IMG/VR virus record: IMGVR_UViG_3300046657_000006 | Location: 8,866 to 72,865 of that record | Length of the DNA: 64,000 bases | Source of the DNA: a virus | Strand: one strand, 5' to 3' | Shown: piece by piece, positions 56,767-64,000 of the stretch | Layout: every line of letters begins with the position of its first letter | Numbering within the stretch: the first letter of the stretch is position 1 | Made by a program: the position numbers and the translations under genes | The notes under the pieces: generated by a model | Databases searched by the model: none | The model's input: the letters and a program-made list of their open reading frames with translations, nothing else | Told to the model about the DNA's origin: nothing

Positions 56767-59001
56767 ATGTCAACACTGACCATCAGCCAATATACGTGCA
56801 ACCCTAGTCAGGAATTATCAACTGACGACACGCTCGAAGTGCGGGCGTTCTATACAAGGTCATTTATTGCTTCGGACGCGGTGACTCCCGTGTTTGGAAA
56901 TAACAGCAACGGTGCATTCGGCCCTTACTATTCAATCACCCCAACGCTTAACGGTTCGGGTGATCTTGTTGTGCCAGCTCACGTCGTTCAACCAACCACT
57001 GAAAGCAATCCGACTGGAAGTTACATTGAACAGCTTTGGGTAAACGGTGCATTCTCTCAGACCTTGATGCCTAATACCGGAGCGGGTTCCGGCTGGCAGA
57101 TTCCCACGGTTTACGGCGATCCGATTGCCTATGACGAGATAGCAACCTACAACCGAGCGAAGAGACTTCTCTATCCGCCTGCAACTTATTTTACGGCGGA
57201 TCAAACTATCGAAGAGATAAGACGGATTGCTGGAGACTTTGACTACGCGGGATTTGAAATCAATGGCATTACATCACTGTCTGTCGCTCCTGTAGTTGCT
57301 AGCGAACCGATTGCTGTTGGAGTGAACGACCCGAATTACCTCCCTAGCGCGGCACCGGGAAAAGTCTACAACGTCTTTGCGTATGGAATAGTTGGCGCAG
57401 CGCATGGCGGCTCGCCAGCGGACGAATCTACAGCCTTACTTGCGCTATTGACGACTGTTTATAACGCTGGCGGGGGAGTAATACAGTTCAACGACAGGGC
57501 TTACCGCTTTGATAGCAGCGTGTTGTTTCCTAACACGGGGGCAAGCCCTCCCTCTCAGCCTTCAACGCGTCTCACGGGTATGGGGCCATCGCATAACGGG
57601 CAAGGTGGCGCACCTTCAGGTGGGACGATAATCGACCTTCGCTATAATTCCACGTTGTCGAAAATAGACACTCGCGGATTAGGGTTCTTGGAGATAGACC
57701 ATATTACCTTCAAGGATGGTGGGGCGAGTTCAAGTGTGCCGTTTCTTCAAACCACGAATACTACGCTACACGTTCACGATTGCGAGTTTTACGGAAACAC
57801 AGCAACCACTCCGACTCAAGACGCGATAGTTTTAGGTAATACATCTACAGGAACAACCGGAAATTTTAATTCCTCGTTTCAGGGTTATGGGACGGTCGTC
57901 GAGAACAACTACTTCAATCGGATTCAGCGAGGGGTTTATGGGCGCACCTTTTGCAACGCAGTGGGAATCGTAAATAACACTTGGTGGACACAGTGCGGCG
58001 GTACAGCAGCAGTGGAGTTCCTTGCTGACGTTTCTAATTCTGACACCGGAAACTACATTCGAGGAAATTTAATTGAGGTCGGAAATTACACCTACGGGAT
58101 GAAATTCGGCGGCCCATTTATCAATAACAATGTCGGGCCAAACGGATTTTTTGATGAGACGGTGACGACGCAGGCAATTTACCGTTTTGAGGCTGGCGGT
58201 ATTTACAACATGGTTGTTGATGGTTATCGCAATGACACGGTTGATCTGATTTCTGAAACAGGTGCAAGCATCGGCACGAATACTATTTTTACTTCCCACC
58301 AGTCTGAAGTGTCAACTTTTGCGCAGCCTGTTACGTTTCGCAATACCGTAAAAGCAATCACAGCCAACGGCGCAGATAACTGGGGGATGGAAACCTCGGC
58401 AGGTAATCTATTCTCACTTCCGTTTACAAATGACGATATTGCGGTTGCTTACACCCCTAACGGAAGTGCACGGGAATCTTATGTCACTTTTGAGAGGGCT
58501 AGCAGCACGGACAAACGGCTTCGACTAGAAGGGACGAGTAATAATGTCATCTATGCCAGCAGCGCAGACTTAAGGCTTCAAGCGCCTTCAGGGCAAACTC
58601 TGTGGTTGGGGACAGTTGCCGCGCCGTCTGCCCTTTTAATTACCGCAGCGGCAATTACTCCGAGTGTGCCGATTGTCAACGCTTCACTAACAGCCCCTAC
58701 CGCAACAACCATTGCGATTGGGAGTGGGACGGTAATCAGTAAAGTGCTCAAGGGTACAGTAACGATTGACCCGACCAGCATTAACGCGACGACGTTTAGC
58801 TCTCAGACGTTTACTTTAACCGGGGCGGTCGCGGGTGACACCTTGATTCTGAACCCTCCAGCAGCAGGGTTAACGGCAGGGCTATTCGTCTTACAGCATT
58901 TTGTGTCAGGAGCAGATACAATCACAATTTGTTTCTATAATTCCACGGGTGCACCTATCGATCAGGCCTCTGGGTCGTGGAATTATACTTTAATCAGGTA
59001 G
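56767..59001 (+). CDS. tailspike / receptor-binding protein with beta-helix
   Basis: VYNVFAYG...DESTAL...GGGVIQF pectate-lyase-like start and N-rich beta-helix repeats. Confidence 0.75.
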   Translation: MSTLTISQYTCNPSQELSTDDTLEVRAFYTRSFIASDAVTPVFGNNSNGAFGPYYSITPTLNGSGDLVVPAHVVQPTTESNPTGSYIEQLWVNGAFSQTLMPNTGAGSGWQIPTVYGDPIAYDEIATYNRAKRLLYPPATYFTADQTIEEIRRIAGDFDYAGFEINGITSLSVAPVVASEPIAVGVNDPNYLPSAAPGKVYNVFAYGIVGAAHGGSPADESTALLALLTTVYNAGGGVIQFNDRAYRFDSSVLFPNTGASPPSQPSTRLTGMGPSHNGQGGAPSGGTIIDLRYNSTLSKIDTRGLGFLEIDHITFKDGGASSSVPFLQTTNTTLHVHDCEFYGNTATTPTQDAIVLGNTSTGTTGNFNSSFQGYGTVVENNYFNRIQRGVYGRTFCNAVGIVNNTWWTQCGGTAAVEFLADVSNSDTGNYIRGNLIEVGNYTYGMKFGGPFINNNVGPNGFFDETVTTQAIYRFEAGGIYNMVVDGYRNDTVDLISETGASIGTNTIFTSHQSEVSTFAQPVTFRNTVKAITANGADNWGMETSAGNLFSLPFTNDDIAVAYTPNGSARESYVTFERASSTDKRLRLEGTSNNVIYASSADLRLQAPSGQTLWLGTVAAPSALLITAAAITPSVPIVNASLTAPTATTIAIGSGTVISKVLKGTVTIDPTSINATTFSSQTFTLTGAVAGDTLILNPPAAGLTAGLFVLQHFVSGADTITICFYNSTGAPIDQASGSWNYTLIR

Positions 59002-59011
59002 GGAGGTTTTT

Positions 59012-59380
59012 ATGAGCCGTTCACGCAAAATATTCTCTGCAAATTGTGTACTTCCCCCCGGCGTACCGACAAGCCTGCTGTCTTTGATGAGTTCTTCCCT
59101 CCTAAAATGGGGGTTTGAAAGCGACGGGACTACACCTTCCCTCGATAGCATAATCGGATCAGAAGCGGGCATCGTACCAGCGGCCACAGTAAACATCGGA
59201 TCGGACTCAAACGTGCGAGACGCTAATGCTGATCCGTTTTACAAGGGCGTGACGGTAGAGGGCGGAACTAACTTTTCCTTGCAGGATTTTGGGGCTGCGT
59301 TTGGAGTCATTGACCCCTCGCAGATTTATCTATTTCGATCTGCTGGCACTACCGTTGACGTTGTGTTTACCGCGAGATAA
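59012..59380 (+). CDS. putative virion protein
   Basis: GGAGG RBS; beta-rich. Confidence 0.55.
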   Translation: MSRSRKIFSANCVLPPGVPTSLLSLMSSSLLKWGFESDGTTPSLDSIIGSEAGIVPAATVNIGSDSNVRDANADPFYKGVTVEGGTNFSLQDFGAAFGVIDPSQIYLFRSAGTTVDVVFTAR

Positions 59381-59382
59381 CC

Positions 59383-59595
59383 ATGTACGAACCAACCCCA
59401 CAAACACCGCGCACGGAATACTACCGTCTTCCTCCTCGCGTACATGAAAAGAGGTACGAAGCGTCACCGGGACAAGTTGGATCGGCGGGAAACTTTGCCC
59501 AGCAAGGTGTCTCTGGATATTCAGGGACTTCGGGTACTTCGGGCTATTCCGGCTACTCGGGCAAGTCGGGATTTTCAGGGTACTCTGGCGCGTAA
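59383..59595 (+). CDS. small protein with C-terminal (SGX)n tail
   Basis: VSGYSGTSGTSGYSGYSGKSGFSGYSGA*. Confidence 0.65.
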   Translation: MYEPTPQTPRTEYYRLPPRVHEKRYEASPGQVGSAGNFAQQGVSGYSGTSGTSGYSGYSGKSGFSGYSGA

Positions 59596-59599
59596 CTAT

Positions 59600-60853
59600 A
59601 TGAATTTTGTAGGCTCTATACCAAGAGGCAGGCCGGGAATATCTGGATTTCAGGGGAAGTCCGGGTTCTCAGGTTTTTCTGGGTTTTCAGGATACTCTGG
59701 GTATTCTGGATATGCCCCCTCCACTCCCCCACTACCAGCATTTAGTAATGTGGTACTAGCGGTAGCGCTAACAAACTTTAATCCGGTTGGGTATGCAGCG
59801 GGTGTTAGCGTTCTCTACACTGACAGCGCCGCCTCTCAAGGGGAAGCCGCCTTAACGGAAATAGCTCCCTATCCTATCAACTGGCAGCAAATAATTGAAA
59901 CTAAGATACCGCCTTACTTAGTTGATACTTGGTACGATCAGAACGAACTCAACGATCTAGTTCAATCCTCCACCGCCCGCCCAACCCTGCAAATAACAAC
60001 TCCCGTGATTGTCAGTGGAGCGGGAACAAGTGCGGCGAACGGGACTTATACTTATAGGGGGCAGGCCTTTGGCAGGGCTTATTACAATCTTGTTGGACAG
60101 CTCGATGATCCGACTAGCGCGGCAATGGTCTGGAACGGCGATGCCGCGTGGAATATTTACGACATCGGAGGCGCTAATGTTCTTTATCAATCAAGCAACG
60201 GTGACGTGGCCTTTCCTTGGTTGGCAGTTTTCGCTCCCTTTGACGGTAGCTCTCCTGCCCCAACTGTCACCGCTGGCACCCAACAAGGCCAAATACAGTT
60301 TAACGGCACCAACAGCGGGCTTCTATCGAGCGGCGCACTCTATTCAGGCGGTAGCGCAACGGGCACAGTCTACGGATGGATACAACCAGAATCACTGATT
60401 GAGACGGGGATTATATTTGAAACCAATACCTTTGCGGATCGCGCTCACACGATCAAGCAAGTTTCAATTCGCATGGTGGCTGGGGTGCTGACTGCAAGCG
60501 TCTTTGATCAAACCGCAATCACGGCACTTCCGAACTCTAAGGCTGTTACACTTGCAACTACAGACCCAATCTTTATCACGTTTCAATGGGACACCGCCGT
60601 AGCAACTCCGTCACTTCAAACGACTTTACTGATCAATAATGCCGCCACGGGAGTCTCGTCTCCTGCGAGCGCCGACCTTTCAGGACTTCTGATTGGCGAC
60701 GCAACTCTCAATGTAGGAGCAAGAAATAACGCTAACTCCAGTTTCTTAACCGCGAATATGTGGGCACTAATTGCTAAGAACGTGGTTGATAATGCAACGG
60801 TTCGCGGTCAGTGGTATGCGTATCAGCAGTATTTGAAATCGCTTCAATCGTGA
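59600..60853 (+). CDS. fibre protein with N-terminal (SGX)n tract and LamG/ConA-like domain
   Basis: Start moved to MNFVG; SGFSG tract; VDTWYDQ, QFNGTNSGL, LNVGAR motifs. Confidence 0.65.
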   Translation: MNFVGSIPRGRPGISGFQGKSGFSGFSGFSGYSGYSGYAPSTPPLPAFSNVVLAVALTNFNPVGYAAGVSVLYTDSAASQGEAALTEIAPYPINWQQIIETKIPPYLVDTWYDQNELNDLVQSSTARPTLQITTPVIVSGAGTSAANGTYTYRGQAFGRAYYNLVGQLDDPTSAAMVWNGDAAWNIYDIGGANVLYQSSNGDVAFPWLAVFAPFDGSSPAPTVTAGTQQGQIQFNGTNSGLLSSGALYSGGSATGTVYGWIQPESLIETGIIFETNTFADRAHTIKQVSIRMVAGVLTASVFDQTAITALPNSKAVTLATTDPIFITFQWDTAVATPSLQTTLLINNAATGVSSPASADLSGLLIGDATLNVGARNNANSSFLTANMWALIAKNVVDNATVRGQWYAYQQYLKSLQS

Positions 60854-60889
60854 ATTTCTAACCCTGAACCCAACTGCTCCTACCAATGA

Positions 60890-61222
60890 ATGAACTGGCA
60901 ACTATTTATCACAGCCGCTGCGACCCTTCTCATTACGATAGGGATGAGCATTGTTGGCTACTTTGTCAGTCAGCTTAATAAACGGATTGACGCCCACGAC
61001 CTTAAAGACGATCACCGCTTCGATCAGCTTGCCATAAAGGTTGACGCGGTTAAAGGGAATGAGTTGCTGTACGAAAAGCTCGATGTGATAAAAGCCGATG
61101 TCGTCGAGAAGAGGCATTCTTTCAGAGCGGAGATGCGTGAGGCGTTTGCAAACGTCTACGAGCGCGAAGAGAAGATGGAAGAACGTTTGCGAGCAGAGAT
61201 AGCAAGAATTGAGAAGCGTTAA
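60890..61222 (+). CDS. holin/anti-holin-like membrane protein
   Basis: Single N-terminal TM plus coiled coil. Confidence 0.55.
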   Translation: MNWQLFITAAATLLITIGMSIVGYFVSQLNKRIDAHDLKDDHRFDQLAIKVDAVKGNELLYEKLDVIKADVVEKRHSFRAEMREAFANVYEREEKMEERLRAEIARIEKR

Positions 61223-61343
61223 GTTCGGGGCGGCTTTGAAGCGTACTGCCTTGGGGCGAAACGATAGGCAGCGGGAAGAGGGGTCGCCCCGATTCGCTAT
61301 AAATTGTTGGACGGATAGACCACGGAAGGCTTACAATGGGGCT

Positions 61344-61495
61344 GATGGATCGTGACGCAAAGAGCGGGAAGGAACAGAGTGGTAACACCTGTTTGCGTGC
61401 GAGCCTTCGGACTTGCATTTTCCAACCTTCCCACTCTAGCGTGTGCTTGATTACAACCTTGCGCTACTCAGTGAAAGCCTGAGACACGATCCAAC
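61344..61495 (+). ncRNA. candidate multi-stem structured ncRNA
   Basis: TGGATCGTG/CACGATCCA closing stem; GGGAAGG/CCTTCCC; GTAA and C-TTCG-G tetraloops; TACAAT upstream. Confidence 0.6.
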
Positions 61496-61538
61496 ACTTC
61501 TCTACGCGCATCACGGGCGTACAAACTGAAAGGCTTCT

Positions 61539-61820
61539 ATGGACACTTCAACCTCAGAGTTCATTAAGAACGCAGTCGGATCGGGGGTTCGCTGGCTACT
61601 CGTGTTAGCGGCTGGCATCCTTGTCAAGAAAGGCGTTATTTCTACTGAGCAGTCCGATGTCTACGTGCAGCAAGCAATGCCCGTGGTGATTGGCGCTGTA
61701 ATGGCCGCTATTGCGCTTGTCTGGGGCATCTGGCAGAAGAAACACGCCAACCTGAAAATTGACAAAGCTCTAGCCCTTCCCGCTGGCACAGACCGTGAAG
61801 TGCTTGAAAAGAAGGTGTAG
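61539..61820 (+). CDS. putative holin (two TM)
   Basis: GVRWLLVLAAGILVKKG...IGAVMAAIALVWGIWQK. Confidence 0.7.
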   Translation: MDTSTSEFIKNAVGSGVRWLLVLAAGILVKKGVISTEQSDVYVQQAMPVVIGAVMAAIALVWGIWQKKHANLKIDKALALPAGTDREVLEKKV

Positions 61821-61823
61821 GCG

Positions 61824-62078
61824 TTGGGCGCGATATTCCGTTGGATACTGACCGCGATCCGCGATTGGCTGAACGGGCAGATTGACCCGCAGTGGAGAGC
61901 GAAGCAGGAGCAGTTACAGCAAGACGCTGCGGCGCATCAACGAAAAGAGAAAGTCGTCAAGGAAGAGATTGCGGAAGCTGAGAAACATGAGGCAGCAACT
62001 GAAGCAGAGCGAGTGAAAGAGAATGAGCGGATTGATGCCGCTGATAACTTGAAGGATGTTTGGGGGTTTCCGAAGTGA
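61824..62078 (+). CDS. amphipathic plus coiled-coil protein, possible spanin-like
   Basis: Position after the holin. Confidence 0.4.
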   Translation: MGAIFRWILTAIRDWLNGQIDPQWRAKQEQLQQDAAAHQRKEKVVKEEIAEAEKHEAATEAERVKENERIDAADNLKDVWGFPK

Positions 62079-62410
62079 TGAGCTGGTCAATTGGCTTCGA
62101 CGCAAACTGGAATCGGGATATTGGCTATGGCGTCCCCGCGTTCTGTGATCATCCGGACTGCGGTAAAAAGATAGACCGTGGACTCGCTTATGTTTGCGGA
62201 GGGCAGCCCTATGGCGGCGAATTTGGCTGTGGCTTATACTTTTGTGGCGATCATCTTTATTGCGGCGAGAAGGAGCAACTCTGCCAGCGTTGCGACAACC
62301 ATGACAATCTGTCTCCATTTGAGCCAACTCCCGATCATCCCGACTGGATCAACCACAAAGCAACTGATCCAAGTTGGGCTGAATGGCGCAAGGAGCAATC
62401 CGTAGCGTGA
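62078..62410 (+). CDS. conserved Cys-rich phage protein
   Basis: RDIGYGVPAFCDHPDC...IDRGLAYVCGG...GCGLYFC. Confidence 0.7.
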   Translation: MSWSIGFDANWNRDIGYGVPAFCDHPDCGKKIDRGLAYVCGGQPYGGEFGCGLYFCGDHLYCGEKEQLCQRCDNHDNLSPFEPTPDHPDWINHKATDPSWAEWRKEQSVA

Positions 62411-62796
62411 AATACTTCCCCGTTACCATCGGCGCAACCTTCATCCTCTGCCTAACCTTTGGCAGTCACGCGCAGCAATCAGACACCATCACAGCCGAGC
62501 GCATGGACGCCCACACGGTCTTTTTCGTGTACGAAGGCAAGCAGTATGCAGGCTTCGACTTAGAACGCAGCAAAGAGCTAAAGAAGGCTGAGAATGATGC
62601 TGTGGCGTACAAGTCAGAGCTTCAGGACGAACGAGTGAAGTACGGAAAGCTCAATCAACTCTACGATGAGCAAAGCAAACTCTTTACATCCTGCATGGCG
62701 CTCAGTAAGAATGGATCGGGAATCAATAACAAGTGGCTGCGATTCGGGCTTGATGTCGCGCCAACTGTGGTAACGTTAGCGAAACCATGTCACTGA
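62407..62796 (+). CDS. secreted coiled-coil protein, possible spanin-like
   Basis: Signal peptide ending SHA, then coiled coil. Confidence 0.5.
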   Translation: MKYFPVTIGATFILCLTFGSHAQQSDTITAERMDAHTVFFVYEGKQYAGFDLERSKELKKAENDAVAYKSELQDERVKYGKLNQLYDEQSKLFTSCMALSKNGSGINNKWLRFGLDVAPTVVTLAKPCH

Positions 62797-62969
62797 ATTG
62801 GCTCAACATTTTGATTGTAATCGAGCTTGCATTGCTCGCCTACTTGCTGTCCCCGTGGTTGTTAGTTGTTGCGCTTGGATTTGCGATGCTGAATGGAATA
62901 GTAGAAGGGATTGATTACCTTTGGCGGAGAGCAACGCATCGCAACTGTTACCGAAAGTACGTCCTATGA
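62787..62969 (+). CDS. small membrane protein
   Basis: Hydrophobic 60-aa ORF. Confidence 0.5.
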   Translation: MSLNWLNILIVIELALLAYLLSPWLLVVALGFAMLNGIVEGIDYLWRRATHRNCYRKYVL

Positions 62970-63145
62970 GCAACGCTGAAGGAATGAAGTTGTTAGCTGA
63001 GTTTGTGAAGCTCTACCGCGTTGACCTGCTTGAGTTTGCGGTTACGAACTTGCAAGACGCAGCAAAAGCCAGAAAGGCAGTGAAGGACATTGAGGCTAAT
63101 CTTGAGATTCTCAGTGAAGGTGGGCAGTTAAGTGGAGGGGTGTAA
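62966..63145 (+). CDS. small protein, paralog A
   Basis: MSNAEGMKLLAEF...IEANLEILSEGGQLSGGV. Confidence 0.65.
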   Translation: MSNAEGMKLLAEFVKLYRVDLLEFAVTNLQDAAKARKAVKDIEANLEILSEGGQLSGGV

Positions 63146-63148
63146 GAA

Positions 63149-63439
63149 ATGATAAGAACATTGCTTGAAATACGCGATAGTTCCGAGGTGCCTAACGACG
63201 AAGACCCCAAGCAGGCATTCTCAATGGGTGGGGACTTCTGGATGGAGGGTCACTATTCTCAGGCGGGAGGGGAATGGATAGACGCAAATGGCCACGCGAT
63301 TGTAAACGTTATTTGCTGGTGCGAATTGCCGCATCCTGCAAATCTTACAGAGGTCATCACAAAAACTGTTTATGAGGTCGGTCGAAGTGAGATAACAATC
63401 GCGGAGGTCTCAACAGCCGGGGAGGCTTTCACCGCATGA
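63149..63439 (+). CDS. hypothetical protein (DUF551-like C-terminal motif)
   Basis: GHY...EW...NVICWCELP. Confidence 0.5.
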   Translation: MIRTLLEIRDSSEVPNDEDPKQAFSMGGDFWMEGHYSQAGGEWIDANGHAIVNVICWCELPHPANLTEVITKTVYEVGRSEITIAEVSTAGEAFTA

Positions 63440-63797
63440 AACTCCTACTCCTAATCACCATCACCCTTTGCCTCGTCACCCCAGTAGAAGCATCAGCCCG
63501 CATCTACTACGGCGGCAGCGCTACTGCGAGTCGAGGTGCAACGACAAGGGCAAGTAAATCGCTTGACGATCAGATCAAGGAATTGAAAGCGGCAATGCAG
63601 CCGTGAAGTGGCTATGGCTCTTACTAGTCCATCGCAACTGCTGGAGAAAGTATGTCGCTAACTGACGGTCTTTACATGGTCACTACCTCCTATCTCTGCG
63701 CGGGATTTGAAGTTCGCAATGGCGTGGTGACACTTTGCGCTCCCATACTGCGGAAGAGATTGGAATACTGGAAGACAATAGCTAGGGGAATTGCCGC

Positions 63798-63974
63798 ATG
63801 AGCAACGCTGAAGGAATGAAGTTGTTAGCTGAGTTTATTGCGAAGCACAATGAAGAGTTTCGTTGGTTTTTACTGCACAAGGTTAACGAGGCCGAGTTGC
63901 TTAAAACTATTGCGTCCATTGAATCTAATCTTGAGATTCTCAGTGAAGGTGGAGATTTGAGTGGAGGGGTATAA
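63798..63974 (+). CDS. small protein, paralog B (58 aa)
   Basis: MSNAEGMKLLAEF...IESNLEILSEGGDLSGGV; below track cutoff. Confidence 0.65.
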   Translation: MSNAEGMKLLAEFIAKHNEEFRWFLLHKVNEAELLKTIASIESNLEILSEGGDLSGGV

Positions 63975-64000
63975 ATGGCGCACGGCGAACCGATAACTTC

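Noticed and set aside
18234-60190. Many short antisense or alternate-frame ORFs in the track
   Set aside because: They shadow long well-supported genes and lack RBS or motifs
61340-61480. Hammerhead ribozyme
   Set aside because: CTGATGG rather than CTGATGA, and the GAAA is not placed for a hammerhead core
62966-63974. Diversity-generating retroelement TR/VR pair
   Set aside because: Differences are not adenine-specific and there is no reverse transcriptase in the window
1-64000. Stop-codon reassignment, integrase/att site, or a specific host call
   Set aside because: Long genes are intact in code 11, no recombinase motif was seen, and the host cannot be supported from sequence alone

Overview
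This window is part of a tailed-phage genome, probably podovirus-like (P22/T7-style portal, adaptor, nozzle and ejection-protein layout, with no tape measure or sheath gene seen). A leftward early arm (1-7772) carries a Rad52/Sak-like annealing protein, NinB, an Arc-like regulator and a repeat-punctuated run of small accessory genes. The rightward arm carries an RHH regulator, a short replication initiator with DnaA boxes, terS, many small ORFs, scaffold, major capsid, terL, portal, a 1715-aa ejection protein with an M15 peptidase, tail/decoration genes and holin-like genes. No integrase, CI-type repressor, canonical tRNA, CRISPR array or free-standing endolysin is visible. The most notable items are: (1) a 2025-aa multi-domain glycosyltransferase/methyltransferase plus a GT9 partner inside the virion genes, next to six proteins with (Ser-Gly-X)n tracts, a candidate virion-glycosylation system; (2) five copies of a convergent-promoter, two-hairpin cassette whose antisense strand displays an anti-Shine-Dalgarno loop, found at four homing-endonuclease genes and at the giant glycosyltransferase; (3) several candidate structured ncRNAs, including two tandem tRNA-shaped elements; (4) fixed-spacing repeats and shared gene ends in the accessory arm. 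All protein calls come from motif recognition by eye; no database searches were run.
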